Shown here: piece by piece, positions 55,261 to 64,000 of the stretch
Layout of the letters: each line of letters starts with the position of its first letter
Position numbering within the stretch: position 1 is the stretch's first letter
NCBI GenBank assembly: GCA_963663965.2
Contig: CAXXFK010000040.1
Location: forward strand, 1-64,000
Reading direction: 5' to 3'
Source of the DNA: Sedimentisphaerales bacterium
Lineage (GTDB): Bacteria > Planctomycetota > Phycisphaerae > Sedimentisphaerales > SM23-30
DNA length: 64,000 nt
Program-made: the position numbers and the translations under genes
The notes under the pieces: generated by a model
Databases searched by the model: none
The model's input: only the letters and a program-made list of their open reading frames with translations
What the model was told of the DNA's origin: nothing

Positions 55261-56048
55261 AAATCCTCCTTTTTAAACATCCATGGAATAAACGGGGAGG
55301 TCGCCTGTTGGTATTTTTTGTAGTCTTCGCCCCGGCTGGCCAGTGCCTGCTGCTCGGTATAAGGGATCCCGGTTATCTTATAAAGAAACACTAGCATTAC
55401 TACTGGACCGAGCGCGGATAAAAACCACATCTCCGAACCAAACGCTAAGAACAAGTAAGTAAACCAGTGAAGCCATTCAAAAAAGTAATTGGGATGTCTA
55501 CTATATCGCCACAATCCCTTTCGGCAGGTTTTGCCTTGGTTGTCAGGATTCCTTCGAAACGCCTCCAACTGCCAGTCAGCAACCGCTTCTCCTGCAATTG
55601 CACCGATTGCGATAATGACAGCGACAACATCATACCACTGTCCGGCAGGAATCGTACTGAATGCTACGGGCAAAAAAGGTATCGAAAACAAGGCGGTACC
55701 GAAAGCCTGAAGCTGGTAAAAGTAGAAGAATTTTTGTTGTGCCTTGTTGCTCCACTCGGAACGCAGCATTTGGTATCGCCCGTCCTCGGGTTTTCCATAA
55801 GCACGAATAAATAGGTAGACAGCCAGCCGAAAGCTCCAAAAACAGGCCAATACCATTAAAAGAATTCTACGGCTCCAATCCCCATTTCCTGTGATGCCAT
55901 AAGTCAACGCAAGGCATCCCACTCCAGCAGCCCAGACAATATCCACGGCAGTGGCGTTTTTGCTTTTCTTTTGAAACCGGTAAAATAAATACATGATGAC
56001 TGCCATCGCAGTCCAGCCGGAAATAAACAGCATGAACATGTTCTTCAC
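55257..56048 (-). CDS. DUF1295 (steroid 5-alpha-reductase-like) membrane protein
   Basis: VDIVW, EDGRY, ADWQL..F, GLWRYSRHPNYFFEW, TGIPYTE, YQQATSPFIPW. Confidence 0.9.
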   Translation of the reverse strand: MKNMFMLFISGWTAMAVIMYLFYRFQKKSKNATAVDIVWAAGVGCLALTYGITGNGDWSRRILLMVLACFWSFRLAVYLFIRAYGKPEDGRYQMLRSEWSNKAQQKFFYFYQLQAFGTALFSIPFLPVAFSTIPAGQWYDVVAVIIAIGAIAGEAVADWQLEAFRRNPDNQGKTCRKGLWRYSRHPNYFFEWLHWFTYLFLAFGSEMWFLSALGPVVMLVFLYKITGIPYTEQQALASRGEDYKKYQQATSPFIPWMFKKEDL

Positions 56049-56244
56049 GAAAAATCCTTATTTCGAACTGCAAGTATCCACATTATACCCTCAATCCCCA
56101 TATATTATAGCATAAATTTCTTTTGTCGTCATTTACTATTTATATTCAATATAGCATTGCAAGGCAGAGTATTTTTAACTTGCGAAGCCCTGAGTTACTG
56201 GGTAGCATGATTGTAGGTGTTTGATCCGTTTTAGGAGATACATT

Positions 56245-56664
56245 ATGTCACTGTCAAAAATTCTTATCACTTACCTCATTTCCGTTCCGATTTTTTTAAT
56301 CATTGACGGCGTCTGGCTGGGAGTCATTGCAGGCGGTTGGTATCGAAAAACACTCGGTCATTTACTTTCTTCTACGGTAAACTGGACTGCGGCAATCGTA
56401 TTCTATTTGCTTTTTCTTGTGGGATTGCTGGTCTTCTCCTTAATTCCGGGAATCAGCAAACAATCTCTCGTTCACACCATTGCTTTGGCCGCCTTGTTCG
56501 GGTTTGTCAGCTATGCAACCTATGACCTTACCAACCTGGCAACCCTTAAAGACTGGCCGCTTACAGTAACAATCATCGACTTGATTTGGGGAGCATTCCT
56601 GTCGGCTTCAACGGCAGCCATCACTTATCTGATAATAACTCGTATTTTTTATAAGCCGGTTTAG
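56245..56664 (+). CDS. DUF2177 family membrane protein
   Basis: IDGVWLG, AAIVFY, YATYDLTNLATLKDWP, IDLIWG; RBS AGGAG. Confidence 0.85.
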   Translation: MSLSKILITYLISVPIFLIIDGVWLGVIAGGWYRKTLGHLLSSTVNWTAAIVFYLLFLVGLLVFSLIPGISKQSLVHTIALAALFGFVSYATYDLTNLATLKDWPLTVTIIDLIWGAFLSASTAAITYLIITRIFYKPV

Positions 56665-56737
56665 TTGGTAGGCAACAAAGAGAGGTCCCATCTCTCTCCC
56701 AACATAATCCCCCATTTTAAATTTATCATTATTCATT

Positions 56738-56764
56738 CTCGAACTGACTATCGGTCAGTTTGAG
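56738..56764. mobile_element. 27-bp fused IRL+IRR scar of the IS701-like element
   Basis: CTCGAACTGACT-ATCGGTCAGTTTGAG; compare IS ends CTCAAACTGACCGAT and ATCGGTCAGTTTGAG. Confidence 0.7.
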
Positions 56765-56767
56765 TTA

Positions 56768-56789
56768 ATGGAAGAGGTCATGGGGTAGG
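56768..56789 (+). pseudogene. Second remnant of the integrase 3' tip
   Basis: ATGGAAGAGGTCATGGGGTAGG versus ATGGAGAAGGTCATGGGGTAGG at 40931-40952 (ME.VMG*). Confidence 0.6.
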
Positions 56790-56844
56790 TATTAAACACA
56801 AACATCATTTGACTGTGGTATTATGCACTTAATGTGTATTTGAA

Positions 56845-57459
56845 TTATTCCAAAGAGCCTTTACTGTTTATGTAACTTACTGTTTCGCTCAATGAAAGTC
56901 CTCTGCTTCCTGGCCCCACCCTTATGTAAAATTCTTCTTCGCCCGGTTTAATTCTAAGGTAGACTGGGGCATCGGCTTTGCGGCAGTCAGCCACAATGAT
57001 AGTTTTGTCTTCAAGAGTAAATGCTTTAAAGGTGATGAACTTTGCAAGAGCCAAACCTATATGCTGTTTTATGAGATTGTTGAAGTGAAGAAGGAGTTTG
57101 TCTTCATTCGGGAAGTTATCCAGATAAGTTCCAAGAATATTTCCGTTGTCCTCTACTCCTACGATGAGTGTTCCCCCCTCTGAGTTCATGAATGCAACAA
57201 GTGTTTTCATCGATGCAAGCTCAATGTCTTTTCCCTGTTGATTTGCTTTGATATTCCTACGGAGGGTTGATTTGAATTCCAAGTGATCGTTTTCACCTGC
57301 GTCGATAGTTTTAAGTAGAGTTTGGTTGTCCATTTCTGCGAGCATTGGTGGAAGTGATGATAGCTTTAATTCGATCTCATAACGTCGCCAGAGGGAAAAA
57401 GTTGCAAGTACCCTCTTGTACCATCCTCTCTGGAAAGAACATAACCACAAGCCAAACAT
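56845..57459 (-). CDS. AlbA_2 / Schlafen-like domain protein, probably 5'-truncated
   Basis: GENDHLEFKSTLR, KTLVAFMNSEGGTLIVGVEDNG, FYIRVGPGS. Confidence 0.8.
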   Translation of the reverse strand: MFGLWLCSFQRGWYKRVLATFSLWRRYEIELKLSSLPPMLAEMDNQTLLKTIDAGENDHLEFKSTLRRNIKANQQGKDIELASMKTLVAFMNSEGGTLIVGVEDNGNILGTYLDNFPNEDKLLLHFNNLIKQHIGLALAKFITFKAFTLEDKTIIVADCRKADAPVYLRIKPGEEEFYIRVGPGSRGLSLSETVSYINSKGSLE

Positions 57460-57671
57460 TGATAACGATCAACCATGCCAGGCATCAATCGGCCCATAGT
57501 CAAAATCACCGTCCTCGTCAATATTTAGAACCTCACTGCTGTAAGGCCCATCCCTGGTTTGTTTCAGCAATTTCAATTAAACCAGAATATCTTTCACTTT
57601 TAAAGAGGGAAAATCAGGAATTATACATTATATACGGATTATTGTAGTGAAAGAGAAATATTTGTAATTTA

Positions 57672-59027
57672 CTCAAACTGACCGATTGAAGGATTTTAGA
57701 TGATAGTAATAGTTCAACAAAAAAGGCCTTTCCAGCCGATAAGTGTAGTGCAAACAAACATTTACTGGCAAGGAGGCCTTATGCTTACTATCGGCAAAAT
57801 CCCGCAAAAAATCAAGCGTTTTTTTCAACCTGTCCAGAGGCAGGTTTCCGAACATGTTTTCGCCTATTTCTGGGAGTTCGTTGTGGCCTTTTCCGTCAGT
57901 CATGGCCACACCATTGAACGGCTGATGGACTGCCTGCGGGACACCTCGCATCGCACCAATCATGGCGAATTCCTCTGGCGCAGCCAATGGGATGAGGCCT
58001 GGACCTTGCGCGCCATCGCCCTGGACACTCTTAAACGGCTCTATCGCAAAGACTGTCCGGACTGCTACCTGATTCTCGACGACACCCAAACCATCAAACG
58101 CGCCAAAAAGATGCAGGCCGTCGGCAAGATCTACCATCATGCCAACAAGACCTACTGTACCGGCCATACTATTCTGAAGGCCTGTTTGTTTTACCGGGGC
58201 GTCACCCTTCCCTGGGGCAACTGGCTTTATCTCAAAAAAGAGCAGGCCCAACGGCTGCAGTTGCCGTTTGAAAAACTCACGAATCTGGCCGCCCAAGCCA
58301 TCCGGCAGGCGCAATTTCCCACCCCATTGCGAATCACGGTGCTGTTTGATTCCTGGTATTTGTGTCCTCAGGTAGTACAGGCCTGCCAGGAACGCCGCTG
58401 GCATTATATCAGCGTGGCTAAAAAAAACCGGACTTTGATGGTTCCAGGGGTGGGCAAAAAAGCGGTTGGAACCTATGGCCGCAATGTTCTGAAAAACTCC
58501 GGCCATTCCTGCAGCATTACGGGATTGCGTAAATCGCTGCCTTATCGCATCGCCGAGCGGCGGGGCCGCATGGGCAAACTGGGTGAGGTCCGGGTGATCT
58601 TCTCGCAACGCCGGAACGAGTCTCAGTTTGTCGCGTTGGTCACCGATCATTTCAACCGGGCGCTGCACAAACTCGTTGCCGATTATCTGAAACGTTGGTC
58701 CATCGAAATGCTGATCAAGGATGAGAAACAGCATCTCGGGCTGGGCGACTACCGCGTCCTGCGGTACCAGGCGATAGTTAGACACCTGAGCCTGGTTGAT
58801 TGCGCCTATGCCTGCCTGACCCATGTTGGCTTGAATGACCAACATGCACAAGGCCACCTCCACACCAAGCCAGTGCTGTTTCTGAAACCCATCAGCAAAC
58901 TGAAGGAGCAGTTGCGTCAGATTGTCTGGCAGGAAGAAGTTAAAAATGTAATCAAGGTATTGCATGAACGAAAAGTGATAAACCGATTGGAAAAGCTGCT
59001 CAAGGCTTCATGATCGGTCAGTTTGAG
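57672..59027 (+). mobile_element. IS701-like (IS4 superfamily) insertion sequence, 1356 bp, with 7-bp target duplication TAATTTA
   Basis: Perfect 15-bp TIR CTCAAACTGACCGAT / ATCGGTCAGTTTGAG; TAATTTA at 57665-57671 and 59028-59034. Confidence 0.92.
57781..59013 (+). CDS. DDE transposase (IS701-like)
   Basis: RBS GGAGG; LILDDTQTIK, VLFDSWY, YLKRWSIEMLIKDEKQHLGLGDY (YREK). Confidence 0.92.
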   Translation: MLTIGKIPQKIKRFFQPVQRQVSEHVFAYFWEFVVAFSVSHGHTIERLMDCLRDTSHRTNHGEFLWRSQWDEAWTLRAIALDTLKRLYRKDCPDCYLILDDTQTIKRAKKMQAVGKIYHHANKTYCTGHTILKACLFYRGVTLPWGNWLYLKKEQAQRLQLPFEKLTNLAAQAIRQAQFPTPLRITVLFDSWYLCPQVVQACQERRWHYISVAKKNRTLMVPGVGKKAVGTYGRNVLKNSGHSCSITGLRKSLPYRIAERRGRMGKLGEVRVIFSQRRNESQFVALVTDHFNRALHKLVADYLKRWSIEMLIKDEKQHLGLGDYRVLRYQAIVRHLSLVDCAYACLTHVGLNDQHAQGHLHTKPVLFLKPISKLKEQLRQIVWQEEVKNVIKVLHERKVINRLEKLLKAS

Positions 59028-59036
59028 TAATTTATA

Positions 59037-62000
59037 TTAATTAATCCAATTCTGAACTAATATATAATAGTCAAACAGGTTTGTAATACCATCACTATTG
59101 ATGTCTGTTCGGGAGTCAACTTTTAACCAACGCTCAGCAAAATAGGATAAGTCTTCAGAGTCTACTCCATCAGGACATAGAAAATCTCCGGCCGAATCGT
59201 ACTCCCACGCCAAACGCGGATACCCGGCCCCATCGACACACATCCGCCAAATATCCTCAACCCCGTTAATATGCTCCCCAACAAAATCCCAACCAACATC
59301 CGTAAAGGTTGCTTGCATTTGCATTTGATTTGTTGTTAGCCCCACCATACCATCGGTATCATAATCTGGTTCGTCCGGGTCAGGAATGCCGCTTGCAACA
59401 ATGTCCCAAAAACAGTTGAATGTATTACCCATATAGCCTACCAATCCTCCAACCATATACCCCTCGCCGGAAACCGACGCGTTTGAATAGCAATTATTAA
59501 TATTAGCACCTCTTCCGTTACCCACTAGACCGCCAGTGTAAGCATTACCAGTAACCGATCCGTTCGAATAACAGTTACTGATATCACCTCTACCATAGCC
59601 CACCAGACCACCAATACTTCCGTATCCTTTTGTTATCCCACTTGAATAGCAATTGTCTATGATACCTGAGTTCTTTCCTACAAGACCACCAATGTCTGTG
59701 CCACCGCCACTATTGGTGGTGCTAGTTGAATAGCAATTAATAATTCGACCATCATTATCGCCCACTAAGCCACCGATCCTACTCGAACCATATGGACCAT
59801 TATAAGATGCATTAGAATAGCAATTCGTAACACTGCCAATGCTATTCTTGGCAATCAGTGTGCCGCTAAAATTTCTTCCTACCATACCCCCAATATCCCC
59901 GTTCCCTGCAACGGTTCCACTTGAATGGCATCGATTTATATTCCCAATATTATCGCCCACAAAAGCACTTACACTATAATACCCAGTTACTATACTATTT
60001 GAATAACAACCATTTATACTACCAGCATTAAAACTTACTAAGGGAGCGACGCACAAACCTGTTCCTGAACCTGTAATAGAAGCATCTTGAATACTAAGAT
60101 TATTAATATTACCATCAATTCCAAGTTGAGCAAATAATCCTAAATATCCTCCTCCTTCAATAGTAAGATTTAATACAGAAAAGCCGTTACCATTAAATTT
60201 TCCGTAGAAACTATCAACGACAGCCGTTGACCATTTGATACCATGTAAATCGATATCAGCTTTCAGGTCATAGCAAGCTCCTCTATCATAGTGATGAATT
60301 GCACCAAGTTCCTCTGCGGTAGAAATCTGATATGGATTTTCCTTGCTGCCATCGCCATCTAATGCGGTCGGAACATAGCTTGTTGTAAAAACAGTTAACT
60401 CCGGATACCCTCCTCCATCAGGCAACTGCCATATCTGACTAGTTCCGTTAGCAGATTCACCGATAAAATCCCATCCGGTGTCTATGAAAGTACTGAGGGA
60501 ATGCATCTGATCAGTTGTTTTCCCTGTTCCGGCATGACTTGTTGTCATGCCGGAAGTTTCAACATCCCAATAGCTGTTGATAGTAATACTGTTATCATAG
60601 CCTACAAGACCGCCTGTATTAGAATTGCCAGTAACAAGGCCGATCGAATAACAGTGTGTAACAACGCCAATGTTATAACCAACCAAACCACCTGTGTTTG
60701 CATTACCAATAATTGTGCTACTCGAATAACAATTACTAATTACACCTCCATTTTGGGTTGGAACGCCACCATTAGTTCCTACCAATCCACCTGATGCGTA
60801 TATCCCGTTAACATTTCCGGTTGAGTAACAACCGGAAATGATACCACCATTTGATCCTACTAAGCCACCAGCATATGAACCTTCAATAAAAGTACTCGAA
60901 TAGCAATTAGTGATACTACCCAGCATATTATCAGCTACCAAAGAAGCTACAAGTCCTCCCCCAATAACAGAAGCACTTTTAACCCTTAGATTGTCTATGT
61001 GCCCTCCAATACCTAGATGACCAAACAACGCCAAGAACCCTCCTCCTTCAATAGTAAGATTTAATACAGAAAAGCCGTTACCATTAAATTTTCCGTAGAA
61101 ACTATCAACGACAGCCGTTGACCATTTGATACCATGTAAATCGATATCAGCTTTCAGGTCATAGCAAGCTCCTCTATCATAGTGATGAATTGCACCAAGT
61201 TCCTCTGCGGTAGAAATCTGATATGGATTTTCCTTGCTGCCATCGCCATCTAATGTGGTCGGAACATAGCTTGTTGTAAACACAGTTAACTCCGGATACC
61301 CTCCCCCATCAGGCAACTGCCATATCTGACTAGTTCCGTTAGCTGATTCACCGGTAAAATCCCATCCGGTATCTATAAATGTTCTGAGGGAATGCATCTG
61401 ATCAGTTGTCTTTCCTGTTCCTCCATTACTTATTGCCGTACCGGACTTTTCAACATCCCAAAAACAATTGAAAATATTAGAGACATAGCTATTATCTCCA
61501 ATCAGTCCGCCGATACTGTAATTACCATTTACGGCACAATTCGAATAACAGTTGGTTATTGCACCTAAGTTCGTACCTATCAGGCCACCTATAAAATAAT
61601 TCCCGATCACATTGCCCCTCGAATAACAGTTGCTAATTCTCCCGTTGTAGTTCTGACCTACGAGTCCCCCGACAAAATTATTGCCCGCCACATCACCATT
61701 AGAGTAACAATTAGTAATATTACCTCCATAATTAGCACCTACCAGAGCAGCAATATAATCGCCTAATCCATCAATTGATGCATTTTCGATACCAAGAAAT
61801 CTAATCTCTGAATCATTATCAATTTTCCCAAATAGTCCCAGATAATACCCTCCTACAAAGCCTTTAACAATTGTTACATTTCGAATTATGTGTCCATTAC
61901 CATTAAAACTGCCTGAAAAAGGAATACCTCTGAAATCACTTTTATTGCCGCTGCTTGGTGAGATAACGGCATTTGTGAATGTTTGTCCAGCGAGATTGAT

Positions 62001-62240
62001 ATCGTTAACAAGCACAAAACACGCTGCCGGGTCACTGTTCACATCCAGAAGATCCTGAATTGTAGCTATTTGATAAGGGTCCTTAGCCGTGCCATCCCCA
62101 CCTGAAAAAGATCCACAATAAGCTGATTCTGATAGTAAAAATATAAGTACTATTGGTAACATAGTCCAAAGTATATTGACTTGTATTATCATGTTTTTTT
62201 TCATTTTGCCTTTCTCCATTAATGCTCTGAATAAAAGCAT
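59037..62240 (-). CDS. GLUG-motif repeat secreted protein with dockerin-like tail
   Basis: FSGGDGTAKDPYQI, many VGGLVG.N..G.I.NCYS repeats, FWDVEKSG, TDINSDGITNLFDY; true start probably near 62200. Confidence 0.9.
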   Translation of the reverse strand: MLLFRALMEKGKMKKNMIIQVNILWTMLPIVLIFLLSESAYCGSFSGGDGTAKDPYQIATIQDLLDVNSDPAACFVLVNDINLAGQTFTNAVISPSSGNKSDFRGIPFSGSFNGNGHIIRNVTIVKGFVGGYYLGLFGKIDNDSEIRFLGIENASIDGLGDYIAALVGANYGGNITNCYSNGDVAGNNFVGGLVGQNYNGRISNCYSRGNVIGNYFIGGLIGTNLGAITNCYSNCAVNGNYSIGGLIGDNSYVSNIFNCFWDVEKSGTAISNGGTGKTTDQMHSLRTFIDTGWDFTGESANGTSQIWQLPDGGGYPELTVFTTSYVPTTLDGDGSKENPYQISTAEELGAIHHYDRGACYDLKADIDLHGIKWSTAVVDSFYGKFNGNGFSVLNLTIEGGGFLALFGHLGIGGHIDNLRVKSASVIGGGLVASLVADNMLGSITNCYSSTFIEGSYAGGLVGSNGGIISGCYSTGNVNGIYASGGLVGTNGGVPTQNGGVISNCYSSSTIIGNANTGGLVGYNIGVVTHCYSIGLVTGNSNTGGLVGYDNSITINSYWDVETSGMTTSHAGTGKTTDQMHSLSTFIDTGWDFIGESANGTSQIWQLPDGGGYPELTVFTTSYVPTALDGDGSKENPYQISTAEELGAIHHYDRGACYDLKADIDLHGIKWSTAVVDSFYGKFNGNGFSVLNLTIEGGGYLGLFAQLGIDGNINNLSIQDASITGSGTGLCVAPLVSFNAGSINGCYSNSIVTGYYSVSAFVGDNIGNINRCHSSGTVAGNGDIGGMVGRNFSGTLIAKNSIGSVTNCYSNASYNGPYGSSRIGGLVGDNDGRIINCYSTSTTNSGGGTDIGGLVGKNSGIIDNCYSSGITKGYGSIGGLVGYGRGDISNCYSNGSVTGNAYTGGLVGNGRGANINNCYSNASVSGEGYMVGGLVGYMGNTFNCFWDIVASGIPDPDEPDYDTDGMVGLTTNQMQMQATFTDVGWDFVGEHINGVEDIWRMCVDGAGYPRLAWEYDSAGDFLCPDGVDSEDLSYFAERWLKVDSRTDINSDGITNLFDYYILVQNWIN
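60148..61421. repeat. Near-identical 383-bp intragenic direct repeat (60148-60530 and 61039-61421, offset 891 bp)
   Basis: GTGKTTDQMHSL..GESANGTSQIWQL..LNLTIEGGG is encoded twice with very few nucleotide differences. Confidence 0.92.
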
Positions 62241-62623
62241 TTAATAGTTCGATATGACCATTGGAAAAAGTCAGTCCCCAAACCTAAGCACATCGACTAA
62301 CCTTTTTAACTACTTAACTATTTCCTACCCTCTCCTGCATGTAGTTCTCCAATTACAAGTTCCCCTATTATATAAAAACTACCATACCTATTTCAAGTAA
62401 AAATATATTATTATCGTCCCAAAGTGCACACCGCGTACCCTGAAGGTATGATATAACAAACTGGTGGCCATAGCTTTATCTCTTTATGTAGATATTTTTA
62501 ATGATCAGCGACAACCATTCTTGCCCTTGACGACAATTAAAAGTTCCCCAAAAATTGAAGTCAGAATAGACTATCTGAAACTCATTAACTCAGGGGATTT
62601 CCGATGATCCCTACCCACTCACA

Positions 62624-62702
62624 CCCCACTCAAAACCAGAATACAAATGACGCTGGTGGGACGCTGGAAATAGGTTGGTCGTGGAGAAAGGGTCGTGGAT
62701 AA
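62624..62702. repeat. Arm motif copy followed by an integrase-tip-like sequence
   Basis: CCCCACTCAAAACCAGAATACAAATGACGCTGGTGGGACGCTGGAAATAGGTTGGT matches 49445-49500; GTGGAGAAAGGGTCGTGGATAA follows. Confidence 0.7.
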
Positions 62703-63287
62703 TTTATTAATAACTCCCTGTTAGAGACAATGAAAATGGTGATATATTGACAGAATAGGAGTATGGGAATATTCAACTTACCTGATGATTGAGTCATAAG
62801 TTGGAAAATACCTGAGTGTTCCTACTTTCTACTCAATAATTTGAGTCACATTGGTCTATCTATGCTATATATGAGTATTTCCAGTCAAATTGGAAAAATA
62901 TGCTGATTTTGGAGTAGGAGGCAGGGTTGTTAGAAGGGGGCAGGTTGTAGAATTCACTCTCCTGGTAGATGTTCAAGAAGCCATGAAGGTAGCTAAGGCA
63001 CTGGCTAAATATAACAAGGCCAGTTAGAACCATAGGGATTTAGTCATAATGTTCCTATCTCCCTCCTGGACAACTCAGAATTGTCCCAGATTGATTATAA
63101 TCTGAACGATGCTCCCCATTTATTGCCATGCCCATTCCTGGCTCATTGTGAGCCGTTTGTGGGGCAATAGGGAAAATGTAATTTCCCGTTACATCCCTAC
63201 TTGCCCATCCCCACCGATCGCTAAGTTTCCTTATTTAAAGATCATATCTGAGATTAGAATCAGGTAGAAACTGGACTGTTTTGTTTC

Positions 63288-64000
63288 CTATTCTTCCAGA
63301 AATTGAAATTGAACGAAGATTGGTTTGTGATCTGATGGATACACACCATTAACATTGTAATCCACCTGCTCATAGTCAAGAATGTTGACATTTCCTTTAT
63401 ATAAGATCCAATCTATACCACGCCCACCCTTGATACTGTCTTTCAATAGGTCTGGATTGTCCGAGTTACCATCTCCCACAAACGTCCTGTAAACTTCACT
63501 GCCAGGTCGTGAATTGAAATCTCCCAATAAAAACACCGGTCGGTCCTTTGTCCATTCACCAAAGCGATTGAAAGCATTAATCCTTTCCATGATTAATTTG
63601 GCACTATTCAGCTTTGCAAGATGATAACCACTTCCGGATGTAAAGAAGTGAGTATTAAAAACGTAAAACTCCTGGGTATTTTCCCAATGCCCTCTGTAAT
63701 CCTCTGGATAGGGACTGGTTTCTCCATCCGCAGAATGGTTAATAAAGGCCAGACGTGCCCACGTGACGATACGAGGATTCACCTCAGGGCCACTGCCAAG
63801 TATTTCGGGGGTTTCGGACAACTGAAAAGAACCCATTTCACGCAGACGGAATTTATCTCGCTTAAAAAAGATAGCCATATGTTCATCGTCATCGCCTCCT
63901 TTACGGCCCTCTCCTATAACCACGTAGTCAGTCAACTTATTCATCAGAAAATCGATTTGCTCCTTCAGACCTTCCTGTGTTCCAATGATGTCTGGGCCAT
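63288..64000 (-). CDS. Endonuclease/exonuclease/phosphatase-family protein (5' end outside the window)
   Basis: PDIIGTQEG, VFNTHF, LLGDFN, IDWIL, YPSDHKP. Confidence 0.9.
   Translation of the reverse strand, partial: GPDIIGTQEGLKEQIDFLMNKLTDYVVIGEGRKGGDDDEHMAIFFKRDKFRLREMGSFQLSETPEILGSGPEVNPRIVTWARLAFINHSADGETSPYPEDYRGHWENTQEFYVFNTHFFTSGSGYHLAKLNSAKLIMERINAFNRFGEWTKDRPVFLLGDFNSRPGSEVYRTFVGDGNSDNPDLLKDSIKGGRGIDWILYKGNVNILDYEQVDYNVNGVYPSDHKPIFVQFQFLEE

Noticed and set aside
49983..56048. Ladderane lipid biosynthesis
   Set aside because: No radical SAM or FAS-II genes; the gene set matches the widespread cfa/DUF1365 cluster
57673..58965. 430-aa minus-strand ORF
   Set aside because: Antisense shadow of the transposase with no motifs
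62750..62900. Short TGAGT / TTGGAAAA reiterations
   Set aside because: AT-rich and irregular with no adjacent gene start; cannot be told from chance

Overview
This 64 kb bacterial window most likely comes from a Planctomycetota / Phycisphaerae (Sedimentisphaerales-like) genome. That assignment is an inference from the dockerin-like tails, 'YWRVD..GPVWS' modules, ECF sigma plus FecR pair, PEP-CTERM, HzsA-like and GLUG proteins. The left half (1-31.4 kb) is mostly secreted carbohydrate-active and hydrolytic enzymes: PL11, sialate O-acetylesterase, GH2, GH62, a glycoamylase-like protein, LamG, FGE-family, MBL and PAP-DUF1080. It also holds an AbiEi-type antitoxin with a vestigial partner and a 1460-aa serine hydrolase-transglutaminase-CapA fusion. 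The right half (31.5-63 kb) is a mosaic island with IS630, IS21 and IS701-like elements whose ends and target duplications are readable, PEP-CTERM genes, a mobile mystery A/B pair, and a desaturase/DUF1365/cfa lipid-modification cluster. The most notable signal is an unannotated repeat family across 32.7-62.7 kb. It comprises three degenerate copies of the 3' half of a tRNA(CAT) that break off at the anticodon loop, conserved non-tRNA arms on both sides, a ~45-bp arm motif found up to seven times, and orphan 3' tips of a tyrosine integrase. This reads as a decayed head-to-tail array of tRNA-Met-targeting integrative cassettes. Many genes carry single-base frameshifts, probably long-read indel errors, so pseudogene status is uncertain. 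No CRISPR array, rRNA or intact tRNA was found.
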